This document shows positions 1-11,719 of a stretch of DNA of 64,000 nt, piece after piece. Origin of the DNA: Octopus bimaculoides (lineage: Eukaryota); contig NC_068990.1 in assembly GCF_001194135.2 (NCBI RefSeq), forward strand, positions 57,215,495-57,279,494. The letters run 5' to 3'. Under the pieces are notes generated by a model. It saw nothing but the letters and a program-made list of their open reading frames with translations. It was not told the origin of the DNA and searched no databases. The position numbers and the translations under genes are program-made. The stretch's first letter is position 1, and the number at the start of each line of letters is the position of its first letter.

Positions 1-2006
1 TTATCGCTGGTTTATAGGGTTACCCAGGGATTCGTGTTTATAAAGCACTTAGCTTTACAGTGTCTCATCAGCCCCAAATGGCAGGTGGCCTATAACCTCT
101 CTTCAAAGAGGAGGAAGAAAAGGCCTCATGACTAGTTATTGAACACACAGATAAAGGAGACACATAGATAATAGATATACATATATATGTAAAACCCATG
201 ACAGCATAGAAGATAAACATTAAATTACTATATATATATATATTCATTTATATATGTATGTAACTATGTTCTCCAGCATGCTGGATATCAGCCTGGAATT
301 TCTGAGGGTCCACGCTTCTTCTAGATAGTCATAGAACCTACACTAGGTTCATCTGTCCTTTTGACAAGTCTTGATTTTAGTCTTCCTGGGTTTCAAGTAA
401 CCTACCTCACCAGACAAGCCTAGTGGGGGTGCCGATTTAGCCACTGATGACTTGATCATGCAACAGATTGTACTGGGTTCCGTGTTACCAGTAACACTCA
501 TGAGAGACAGCACAAGTGAACCCTTAACTTTTGTTAGAGCATGTCTCTGAGAGAAGGTCACTCTGATATAAAACTAGATGTGCAGGGAATGGCATTGAAC
601 ATTTTGGGGATCTTTTGCTTGCACTTGAGATCATGGTACTCTCAAATACCTGAGCCTAAGACTCATATTAGCACTGGATGTCTTATTCTGGCTTGAGTTT
701 GGATCATGTCAGTAGGGTGGATTGGTCCAAGAAGTTTAGGGTGTGCAATTGACAGCAAGGCAACTATCTGATGCCAGCAGTGGGGAGCATAGAAACCACA
801 GACATAATGACACTGACTGCTGGTGCATTAATCTGATGCACAGGAATTGCTGGCATTTTGCATGGGCAATGATCAGTGATCTTCCTTGATTACATGTGGA
901 CAGCCATCACCATCATGTATGCATGTACACTCACACACATGTATATGTATGCAAACATAGAAACACCTGCACTCACACATATGTATACATACATTTATTT
1001 ATAAGTAGAACATATAATTCCAAACCCAAACACATATACTAAAACTGGTAAACTATTTGTATATTTCACATACAGGTGAATATATATAAATGCTCATATT
1101 TAAAATGTAATTTATAATAAATATAGAAATGAAATAGATAAGTATTTGGAATAAATATAATAATAAAATGTATAATAAAGATCATAAAGTAATATAATAA
1201 ATGCCTTATATTTTCTATTTGGCTATAATTAGATCCATTGTTGATTATCATCATTGATTCGAGGGTATAGGTGAAATAGGCATATTGACGTTTATACCTT
1301 TTCCAAGATCATTAGCATTGAAAGCGATGTCAAGTAACAACAATAGGCAACTGAAATCAGGTCACAAACCCAGTCACCAGAAACTCACCTTTACTGTACA
1401 GTGAACACTAGTGATATAGAAATGTATTTGCATGCATAAATGCCTATTCAGGCATCCTATATATGTAAATATATATTTAGTCTCACTGTGAAGTAATTAT
1501 GGGTTAAAATTCCAGATTAAAGAGAGAACATTAGATCAGCAACTGGAGGTTCTCAATTTTGATTCTCACAAAACCTTTCATAAGCTTTTATGATACCTAA
1601 TTATATGCCCTTTTGATCAGATGGAAAGACTTCAACAGAAATGTGTTTACACAAAGAGTAGGATGAGTTGACAAAAAGTTAACAAAGACAATTTTAGAAA
1701 GAACTTGGCAGTATCTCTTGAATTGTAACATATTCTCATTGGGGAACTATTTTGAATTTCAAAACATAAGTTATAAAAGAAAGATTGCTATGTGATCATT
1801 GACCACTAATAATAAGTATCTTATATCTTTAAGTATGGCACTTTTAGGTTTGTTAAAGTGTGGCAAGATTGAAATTAATTACCAGTAGTGATTAGAAGAA
1901 TGAGCTTGGAACTGATTAAACTTAGTTAATTAATCATTTTAGAAATATTATCATTTATAATCCTCTCAATGAGAGACATTCAGTAACAGTACTTTGAAAT
2001 AAAGAC

Positions 2007-2200
2007 TATTTGCCAGCATAATGTGGCAGTCTCAGTTGGGATGAATGCTACTGTTGTTTAGCCCCAGGAAACATCGTCTCCAGTCGGCTATACAACACAA
2101 TAAATATCTGTGTCATATAGCCAGCTGGAGACGATGTTTCCTGGGGTAAACAACAGTGGCATTCATCCTAACTGGGACTGCCACATTATGTTGGCAAATA
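2007..2200. mobile_element. Fold-back (palindromic) MITE-like element
   Basis: Arms 2007-2092 and 2116-2200 are near-perfect reverse complements (TATTTGCCAGCATAATGTGGCAGT...GGCTATA / TATAGCC...ACTGCCACATTATGTTGGCAAATA) around a ~23-nt loop. TA at both outer ends, consistent with a Tc1/mariner-type TSD. Confidence 0.8.
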
Positions 2201-2222
2201 ATCTTTATTATTATTTTGTTAT

Positions 2223-2269
2223 CAAGGCAGTGAGCTGGCAGAATTGTTAGCATGCTAGACAAAATGCTT
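2223..2269 (+). mobile_element. SINE family B, 5' fragment
   Basis: CAAGGCAGTGAGCTGGCAGAATTGTTAGCATGCTAGACAAAATGCTT matches the head of the copies at 10217, 26642 and 54290. Truncated at a (TTC)/(TTA) run. Confidence 0.7.
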
Positions 2270-2292
2270 CTTCTTCTTCTATTATTATTATT

Positions 2293-2840
2293 GAGTGAGA
2301 GAGCAGTGCATGCCATCAAAGTAACACTGGAGTAAAATATACAAAGTCCAGTATACCCATCATGACTACCTGTCTGATCAGGTTACACCAGGCACATGCA
2401 TAACAGCTATATGTGCACAACAGAGTGATCTCATATCAAGATAAACAGTGCATGATCTTGCAGGTGGGGCCCAGTTAGAATTTTCTTCAGGTAGAGTAGC
2501 TCATCCTGCTCAAAAGGTCCTTGAATAAGGGTTATTTAAGGATGATGAACAAAACACTCATGTTTTCAAAGGTGAATTATCCAAACCCCTAAGAATTCCT
2601 CTCAACACATGGCTATGATGCTCTCCCACTACTTCTGCACATGATCAGAGATACACATATCATCAGCCACTAAGGGACATGCTCAAATGGTTAAGGTCAA
2701 GCAACTGACAAGCAAATCTGTGGTATTGAGCAGAATATTTGCTGTACCCCATCTTTTATACCAAAACAAAACAATGTACATGATAACACTTCCAATCAAT
2801 TAAGATTAGAAGCCATGAGAGTCACTACATCAGGGCATTT
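2293..2840. repeat. Unclassified ~550-bp interspersed-repeat-like block bounded by (TTA)n
   Basis: Complex, GC-elevated non-coding block between two (TTA)n tracts. I recognise it as an abundant octopus repeat from memory only; no second copy in this window. Confidence 0.45.
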
Positions 2841-2879
2841 TATTTATTATTATTATTATTATTATTTTTATTGTTAATA

Positions 2880-4103
2880 TTACTTGTTAGGCACTCACAG
2901 CCCTTAATAGCCAGGCAGTGGGATTGGTGGATGTTCCACTTTAGAAATTTATAGAAAATTAGTGGTTGCAAATGCGACAACATTCTCAGGGAGATTCTGG
3001 GTGCTGACAAAAACGAACTGGCTAGTCTTTTCTGGTTGGGAACTATCATGGATAATTTCCAGATGGCCTTGGCCTGGCAGTGCTACCAGAGGGTGCTGCC
3101 AGTTCGAGATAAACTCCACAGGTATGGATGTGCTGTCAGGCAGGCTTGTCCGAGGTGTGTGCAGAATGATGAAACCGTTCTGCATGCCCTCATTCAGTGT
3201 CCAGGCATTGCTGACTTGTGGTGTTATGTTCAACAGCTGCTATCATGTGTGGGAAGGATCTGTCTATCAGCTGAGTCTATAGTGATGATAGTACTGCCGC
3301 CCTCCTACAATCAGGCAGGCAAGGTAGTTTTCCTTTGCCTGGTGGCAGTGGCAATAGAGGTTGTTTGGTGAATAAGGCTGAAAAACATGAGAACAAATAC
3401 ATTCCTCTTTGGTAGAGCTCTCATTGACTTCTACAAGTTTCACTTGAAAAGGAAATTGAGAATGGAGAGGGAAGTGCTATCCTTGAGTGAGTTTATTGAA
3501 AGGTGGGTGAAAGTTGTGAAAATGGCAAGAGTGGATGGTACTTCTCTGAGTGTAGACCTGTGAGTTGGAAGGGAGGAATTGGAGAGGACACTTGCTCTTG
3601 AGGTTTCAGGGAAATCTTAGACAGTGAGGTTCCTTAGTTATCCCCAGAGGTCTTCCTGTATTAAGAAGACTACCTCCCTATCATCCTCTCCACCACTTAT
3701 TTTTTTAACCTTTGTATGCTATGCATATGTCCCTTCTTTTTCAGTGTATATCATCTACAGTAATCCCTTGACTATCGCGAGTGTTACATTCCAAAACCTC
3801 ACACAGAAATAATTAAAATCTAAAGAAAATATAAATACCTATTGGCCACAGAAACCTGGATGTACTGAGGAGTCCACAAAATAAATTTACATATTTTAGC
3901 CAGAAAAATCTGCAATGTACTGAATGCACAATAGGTGAACCCTGATGTACTGAGGGTGTGATAGATGAACTGCGATATGGCAAAGGATTACTGTATAATT
4001 AATTTCTTTCCTTCTTTTATATTATTTTTATCATTTCATTATATGTAAACCCTAACACTTTATGTCTGTCTTTGTATTATCCCCTTGTGGCAAATAAATG
4101 AAA
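2880..4103 (+). mobile_element. Tx1/L1-clade LINE, 5'-truncated, ORF2 C-terminus plus 3'UTR (copy 1)
   Basis: Frame 3036-3563 reads DNFQMALAWQCYQRVLPVRDKLHRYGCAVRQACPRCVQNDETVLHALIQCP...VVW*IRLK...FYKFHLKRKLRMEREVL...SVDL*. CPRC-x5-ETVLH-x4-C is the zf-RVT-type knuckle of L1/Tx1 ORF2. One internal stop. Clearly homologous to 9461-10190. Confidence 0.85.
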
Positions 4104-4522
4104 TCATCTTCATCATCATCAATCATCTTCTTCATTATTATTATTATTATTATTATTATCATTATACACATTGTTATTATTGTATACTAAAATTATAATT
4201 AGATGAAGAAAGCTATGAAACAGGCATAATCCTAAGGATGTCAAGTGATGGAATAGATATATTCACCTCTCATACCTCCTGATTTTTTTATGATTTCATG
4301 TACTTCTCTTGAAATAATATCATTGATCTGATCTTCTGGATTTCAGCTGCAAAGAACTTATCCATTATACTCCTCTGTACTGGATTGCCATGTGGTCTAA
4401 TAGCCAATCCTTTAGAGGGAGTTTCTGCGATAGCCACATGATTCTATGAAGCCATACATTACATTAGAAATATATATCCTCCTCCTCATCATCATCATCA
4501 TCAAGACCACCACCACCACCAC

Positions 4523-5111
4523 CATCATTTAACGTCCATTGTCCATGCTGGCATGGGTCAGACAGTTTGACCAGTGCTTGCAATCTGGGGAGCTACACCA
4601 GACTCCAGTTTGATTTGGCATGGTTTCTATAGCTGGATGACCTTCCTAATGCCAGAGTGTACTGGGTGCTTTTATGTGGCAACACACAGGCACTTTTACA
4701 TAGCACCACATGGGTGCTTTTATGTGGCACTACACAGGTGTTTTTACATGACACTGTAGGGGCACTTTTATGTGACACCACTACAAGTGCTTTACACCAC
4801 CAGAAGGACTGGTTTTAACACTTCTGGTGTGGAGTACAAGTCTTCTTGAGTACAGCAAGGTGCCAGGCATCTCAGTCCTTTGTCATCTCACCTGAGAGTT
4901 TCAGCATCCTGAGGTCGCCCTATAGTACTTCATTCCATGTCTTCCTGGGTGTCTGACTTCCATGTGTTCCATCCACTTTGAGAGATCAGCACTTCTTTAT
5001 GGAGCTGTTGGCATCCATCCACATCACATGACCAAACCAGCACAGTCTTCTCTCTTGCACCTGGCAACCAATTTCTCTTATGCCTAACTTCTCTCTCAAA
5101 ACACTAGCACA
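4523..5111 (-). mobile_element. RTE-clade LINE 3' fragment with 3'UTR
   Basis: Minus frame VLREKLGIREIGCQVQERRLCWFGHVMWMD matches the RTE ORF C-terminus and the plus-strand copy near 31225-31320. The 3'UTR ends in GGACGTTAAATGATG like 32680-32690. Confidence 0.85.
4640..4795. repeat. Degenerate ~21-bp tandem array in the RTE 3'UTR
   Basis: About 6-7 head-to-tail units of GG(G)TGCTTTTA(T/C)(G/A)TG(G/A)CAC(CAC)A. Confidence 0.7.
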
Positions 5112-7494
5112 AATAAATACATTATATATNNNNNNNNNNNNNNTATATAATATTGATAATAAAGAGAATGAAGAATTTGAACATTCAAACTTTATGCTTA
5201 TTTCCAGTTTATCCATGATAATTATCTCACATATGTTTTGGTAACACTAACTGCATATTGTTGCATATTTATATGCTGCAATTTAAGCATTATTAGTATG
5301 ATCTCTTCAGGGCATGTAAGTATGACACTGTTCGAAGGGGAGTTTTTCACCTGCTTTTAGTTTGGATTAAGATTGACAGTAGTAGTAAAGCATAGCATTC
5401 TTCCATAAGATGTTTTTCTCAACTGATAGTTTGGGTAAAATTCAGTTGCAGCAGCAGCAGTGCTTGTTGAAGTTGGCAAATATATTTGGCTATGTGGGGA
5501 TTGGTTATTTATAGAATACTCATTTTTGATTGATTCTGCATACTTTTTAGCCACGTAGATAATTACTAGGCAGTAATAACTGCATAGTTATTAAAAGAAG
5601 TACTCAGTTGAATTTTAAATTTTTCAAATTTATTATTATTATTATCATTGTTTTAAAGTGCTTTTAGGTTATATTATATATAACCTTATAAATTGAAATC
5701 TATTCTTATATTCTTTATATGCATCTAAAGATGTTATACACTGCTGGTCACAAAATGCTTTGTATCATTTTACCTTTCAAATGAAGACACACCTCTATAT
5801 ATAACATTATCAACTTCTTTTTACTCTGCATGTATCGTAATTGTTCATATTCTAACTTCACCCCTGCATTATGTCCTTGATTAGGCACATAACTGAGTTT
5901 GTTCCAGTTGATCTGACTGAACAAAAACCTTATATTTGTGTGGTTGTTAGTTATAGGAAAGGCATAGGAAGGCATGAACATTTTAGGAAGGCATACAAGT
6001 TTTAAAAAGTATTGCACTAACAGACAAACCCTTCCAGCTGTATATTCATGAAGGAGAATGAATGCAAAACAGTATAGAAATGTTTTGATTAAAAATATTA
6101 TAGAGATTCTAATGACAACACCAAATAATTGAAAGTCTTAAGTAAAAATTTGAAAATGTCTGCAATAAGTTTTTGGTGAATTAGTTTTACCATACTTCCA
6201 AGACCATTTTCTCATTTTCAAAGCATAAAAATAAAAGAAAAATACTTGGCAAGAGTAGTCTGAAAATAACTGCTAAGGTTTACTTTATTTCCCTTCAGGG
6301 GTATCGACTTAATCAATCAAACCCTATAATAAGTCATTTCTAAAAGTTAAATCATAACTTTCTATGACTTCAAAACCATATCCCCAAGTCAAAAACGAGA
6401 GGGGAAAAAATAATGTGAACATATGAAAGCTTTATCATCTCTAATTGAAGTGTATGAAACTCTTTTGAACTGGAGGCTAAAATTGAGATTGAACTGTTCA
6501 CCTTAATTTATAAGTTTAGATATATGCTCATAGTAAATTCATATTATGTTCAATATATGATAAAATTCCAACATACGCGAAGAGTAATTGGCGAGCTAGG
6601 TTAATTAATATCAATCTGAAGTCATCCAATGGCCAGAAGAATGTTTTCTAATTCATCCTGAAGCTTTCGTCCAGATTTCATATTGCAATACCTGTTTAGA
6701 TAACAAAAGATGAATTTCATTCCATAATTATTGCATTTAGTCAGAAAAGGTATGTCTTCATTAGGCTATTTTCGTTGCTAATTAATTTGAAAGGCTTCGT
6801 AAAATATTAGGAAGAATATTTCATAAATTGGATGTTTTCCTTCTGAGAAAATTAATCTGAATTTAAGGTTTGTGTGGTGACTGGGTAGTGGTAGAGGAGT
6901 AATCTAAAGGATATTAGTTCAAAATCTGCAATAGATAAAGAATTGAAATCATAATGGTACTTCTTTAGCCTCAATCAATTTAACAGTTCTTAACTCATTT
7001 TATTGTAAAGTGGCTATTTGGAAAAGAATCCAAGTTTTCAGAGCCATTTCACTCTTGGTTAGTAGGGCAAAACAAACATTATGAGTGTGTGTCTGTGTGT
7101 ATGTATTAGAGAGAGGGGGAGAGAGAAGAGGTAGAAGAGGTGATAGGGAAAGAGTGAGAAAGAGAGAGAAAGGAAGATAGAGAGAGAAAGAGAAATAGTT
7201 TGAGAGGATATGAACAATATGTGTGTGAGAGAGGGAGGGAGAGGAGGTGGAAGAGGTTAGAAGGAGGGAGAGTTAGAAGGAGAGAGAGAAAGAGAGAAAT
7301 AGTTTGAGAGGATATGAACAGTATGTATGTGTGTGTGTGTGCAAGACTTGCTGATATTACATCATACAGTATTGATGAAACATGAAGAAGCCATGCACAT
7401 ATTAACAATATTCATTGTATTTGAATACAAAACCTTTTTGCATTTGAAATGAATTTTAAAAAATGACTTTGAAGATTATATCTTTAATCCTTTA

Positions 7495-7672
7495 TCTTTT
7501 TACTTGTTTCAAACATCTGACTGTGGCCATGCCAGTTTAGTCAAGCAAAATGGTTCTGGGTTCAGTCCCACTGCATGGCACCTTGGGCAAGTGTCTTCTA
7601 CTATAGCATCGGGCCCCAACCAAAGCCTTCTGAGTGGATTTGGTAGATGGAAACAAAAAGAAGCCTGTTGTA

Positions 7673-7722
<50 letters not shown>

Positions 7723-7960
7723 CGTGTGCGTCTGTGTGTGTATATGTTTGTGCTTCTGTGTTTGTCCTCCCCCACCAACATCGCTTGACAACCGATCCTG
7801 GTGCATTTATGTCCCCGTAACTTAGCAGTTTGTCATAAGAGACCAACAAAGTAAGTACTAGGCTTACAAAGAATAAGTCCAAGGGTCGATCCGCTTGACT
7901 AAAGGTGGTGCTCTAGCGTGGCCACAGTCAAAATGAGTGAAACAAGTAAAAGAATAAAAG
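7495..7960 (+). mobile_element. SINE-like family A copy with internal microsatellite
   Basis: GGTTCAGTCCCACTGC..GGCACCTTGGGCAAGTGTCTTCTACTATAGC..GGATTTGGTAGATGGAAAC, then (TA)/(TG)n, then the 3' half ending GGCCACAGTC..GAAACAAGTAAAAGA. Same architecture at 19291, 23821, 29396, 34821 and 44578. Confidence 0.85.
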
Positions 7961-7988
7961 AATATATATACATATATATATGTGTGTG

Positions 7989-8025
<37 letters not shown>

Positions 8026-8460
8026 TTTATTTAAAAGCAGCAGAAATATAACAAAAGACTGTTACTCGGAGTTTCACATTCTTACTCCGGTATATATATA
8101 CATATATATATATATCACAGACTCTCCTGTTGTAGACAGCAAATGGAGGTTCCACAATTTCTTGCTGTATGTCTTGTGCAGATGATTAGATAATTGTCAT
8201 TGACAAGGCCAAGGAATGCTAAAATCTGGCGATCTGGCAGTTCTGGTGAATGGTTCCATGGTTGCTCACTTGCAATGTAAACATGACCTGTTTTATGCAC
8301 CACAAGTCCAAACGAGAAGTTTTCTCATGGTAAACAACACAGTATTTTATGTTTTAACATGACATTCACTTTATTTGGGAGATAATTATTACCGTTTGCT
8401 TTTGCTATTGCTTCTGTCACTATTAATTAATTATTTGTTTACAGTGATCAAATCGACATT

Positions 8461-8615
8461 ACCTGTACAGGTGCATGATGCGGCACATGTTCAGATGTTG
8501 AGATGAAAGCAGATCAATGTGAAATGAAGTGCTGTGCTCAAGAACGCAACACATCACTGAGCCCAGGAATCAAAGCCAAGATCATGTGATCACAAGTGCA
8601 ATACTCTAATCACTC
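8461..8615 (-). mobile_element. SINE family C variant, 5' fragment
   Basis: AATGTGAAATGAAGTGCTGTGCTCAAGAACGCAACAC matches 28950-28990 and the reverse complement of 63245-63290. Confidence 0.55.
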
Positions 8616-9460
8616 ACTGTGTGTTTTGTGTGTATATGTATTTAGGTCAGGCTTCAATTTTTGATAGATGGTTAAACTGATAAGTACACACCAAGCTGAT
8701 GGCACATTTACTTTAAAAAAAAAACCCGCTAAAACACCTATTACAGATTTAGATTCCTCGTTTTAAAACAGTTTTCATCTACCTTAGTCATTTCAATTTT
8801 TGATGCTCTCCCCTACATATGCAACCTTTGTCATTCTCTATTTGAAAATAGTAGAATAGCAGAATGAAGAGCTTGAAACTAAAGAACTTACATACAATAT
8901 TTAATTTTGCTTTACTTCATGGCAGTGTATATTGTACCAGCAGAAATTGTCAAAAAAAAAAAAAAAAACGGAAGAAATTAACGTNNNNNNNNNNAAAAAA
9001 AAAAAAAACGGAAGAAATTAACGTGTACTGGTGAGCAAGCTAAGAAAATGACTTCATCTGGGTATGCTTTGGAAGGTAATAGCGAGGATCATGATGAAGA
9101 ATTTGAATTCTAAAACAGTCAAGACTTTTACCCAAAATCTCTAATTCCTTCACAAGGTTCAAATGTGGTAGAAAGACTTGTCAAGAATTTTATTTCAGTT
9201 TTTACTTCACTATTTAACAAACAGGAATTCAAGATTTTGTCTTGTTACTCATGAAATGCTTTATCTAAACCAACAGAAAGAATTATATTGTGAGAAATAG
9301 CTACAGATAAATAACTGCTTTGAACTATATACATATACATACTCCAATATAAAATTCCATTTTGAAGTGAAGGATAAAACAAAAAAAAACAATTGGAAAC
9401 TTTTGCAGAAATATTATTATTATTATTATTATCATTATTATTATTATTATTATTATTATC

Positions 9461-10190
9461 GATGAAGATCAGCTAACCAGTCTGTTTCAGGCCTGGGCCT
9501 ATGGATAACTTCCAGAAATCCCTTGCCTGGCAGTGCTACCGAGGAGCGCTGCCTGTATGGGATAAACTTTACAGGTGCACTCAGAACGATGAAACCGTTC
9601 TGCACACTCTAGTCCAGTGCCTGAGTATTGCTGACCTGTGGGCTTATGTTGAACACCTGCTGTCATGTGTAGGACGGATCCGGCTATCAGCTGAATCCAT
9701 TGTGAAGGTTGCCCCGGTGCCCTCTTTTGGCTGGGAGGGGCAGGCAATTTTCTATTTGTTTAGTAGCAAAAGAGGTTGTATAGTGGACCTGTTTCAAAGG
9801 GCTAAAAACAGACACTTGCCTTTTTGACCAAACCCTCATCAACTTTTTCAAGTTTCACTTGAAAAGGGAGTTTAGGGTGAAGAGGGAAGTGTTGCCTTAT
9901 GGCAAGTTTGTTGAAGGGTGAATGTTGGAAGAATGGCCAGTATGAAAGGACCAATTCTGAGCATGCACTTATAAAAGGGGAATCAACGGAGAAGGGCTCT
10001 TACCCTGTTGTTCAGGCACCCATAGATTTTGTGGGGTTTTCCATGAGGACCTTAAAGTGGCTCCACTATTAGGAGTTTCAATTTGTTCAATTTTTTTATT
10101 ATATTGTTTACACACTATCATCCTGTTTTTGTCTTTTATGTCATTTAATGTTTTTGTATGTGGGGCCTTGTGGCTAATAAAAGAATGAAT
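9461..10190 (+). mobile_element. Tx1/L1-clade LINE, 5'-truncated (copy 2)
   Basis: ORF 9501.. MDNFQKSLAWQCYRGALPVWDKLYRCTQNDETVLHTLVQCLSIADLWAYVEHLLS aligns with copy 1 but has a deletion across the first Cys pair. Later FFKFHLKREFRVKREVL..SMHL*. Flanked by (TTA)n. Confidence 0.85.
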
Positions 10191-10216
10191 TATTATTATG
10201 ATTATTATTATTGTTA

Positions 10217-10438
10217 TTAAGGTGGTGAGCAAGCAAAATCATTAGCCCATTGGGCAAAATGTTTAGTGGTATTTCATCCATTTTTACATTCTGAGTTTGA
10301 ATACTGCTGAGATTGACTTTGCCTTTTATCCTTTGAATGTTAATGAAATAAGTACCAGCTGTGCACTGGAGTCGATGTAATCAACAAATCCCCCCCCCCC
10401 AAAAAAAAATTTCAAGCCTTGTGCCTATAATAGAAAGG
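10217..10438 (+). mobile_element. SINE family B
   Basis: TTAAGGTGGTGAGC..TTCTGAGTTTGAATAC (B-box-like)..AATAAGTACCAG..CACTGGAGTCGATGTAATC..GCCTTGTGCCTATAATAGAAAGG. More than 10 homologous copies in the window. Confidence 0.85.
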
Positions 10439-11719
10439 GCTGCTACCACTGCCTCTGCCACTGCCACCTTCATCATCATCATCATTTTCAGTGGATCATT
10501 TCCCAGATATCTATTTACCTACTAAGGTCGGAATATTTATCTTATCTCTAAGTATTTCTTGAGTCCTTATGCATCAATGGCTAATCTTTGCTGTAATCTG
10601 TTTACCTTATTCGTATTTCTTTATAGATTTACATTCAATTTTTTTCTACACTTACAAGTAAGAACATGTTTCAGTGGCTGGAAACATGTTAAATTAAATA
10701 AGATAAAGAAATCTTGCTGTTTCTTCCAATAAATATATATAAAAGCAAAATTCCTTTACATGAACCCTTAAACTACTATTTTACTATTTTGTTTGTGGAC
10801 CCCTAAAATTTGAACTCCCAGGAGTAGTTATAAGGACCTGCTGAGACCAGTATTATTTGTGGAAAAGAATAAAAAGACCTACAATGAAATATCAATAGAT
10901 TTTGTAACATATTGAAGTTTTGCCTGATTTCTTTGTTGTTCTTTATTTATTACTTTAAAACATTTCCACTGTAGTTTTTTACAAGCTGTTTCACAAGTCT
11001 GGTTTAAATATACTCTAAATTTGTTGTGTGTTGCAGCATTCAACAAACATAGAATCTGTTTGTCATTTCAACAAACAATTGCAGAAATACATAGAATTCT
11101 ATGACATAATGCTACAATATTTAAAATCACATTGTAGTTTTTTCTCACCATTTTCTTGGTTAATATAATACATTTTCCCCAGAGTAAGTTACTAAATGAA
11201 GAGAAATGCATGAGATGAAGGGACTTACAATAAACAGAACTAAGAGTGCTTTCCTCACATACTACTTTTTGCTAGGATAGGTTACTAGTCTATTATAGAA
11301 AACTTCTCCAAGCTTTACTACAATTAATTTTTCTAAAGCTGGATAAACTATAGCAATGCTGGATTGAGAACCCTGTCAAGAAGCCTGATAATACACCTGC
11401 TGTAGATTTGAACTCAAGACCCATTAATCAGTTGTCTTAGAACATATACACCAGACTATTTCACACTTCACTTTCTCTACCTTTTTAAACATTCAGAAGT
11501 TTGGTTTAATTATCTGGATTTATATTTAGAATGGCTTTTGGGAAGCCATGTAAGTGTATTAGATAGGAAACTAGCAAACTCCAGTTCACTGAGAGGCTTG
11601 ACTATGTGAATATTTAAATTACATCTTGCAGGAAGCTGGAAGCTAATGATGTGAACATCATTTCAAATGCTCAGTCAAGCACTAGTAAATTCATTAATTA
11701 TCCTTTTTTGTTTTTGCTA

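Noticed and set aside
1290-1467. Two small minus-strand exon-like units (CLNRHLCMQIHFYITSVHCTVK and CLLLLLDIAFNANDLGK)
   Set aside because: Separated by only 38 nt, phases incompatible, peptides not recognised.
4279-4450. Minus-strand exon-like segment (IMWLSQKLPLKDWLLDH.. / EDQINDIISREVHEIIKKSG)
   Set aside because: All frames from the better acceptor hit stops; the open version needs a weak acceptor.
4640-4795. Short regularly spaced repeats resembling a CRISPR array
   Set aside because: Head-to-tail degenerate units without unique spacers, inside a LINE 3'UTR, in eukaryotic DNA with no cas genes.
6575-6690. Minus-strand segment with good acceptor and donor
   Set aside because: Stops in all three frames between the two sites.
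8058-8090. Second possible hammerhead remnant (minus: ..GAAACTCCGAGTAACAG)
   Set aside because: Only the GAAA/stem III half fits; no CUGANGA core or stem II.
8955-9024. Direct repeat flanking a 10-N gap
   Set aside because: Identical contig-end overlap; assembly artefact.
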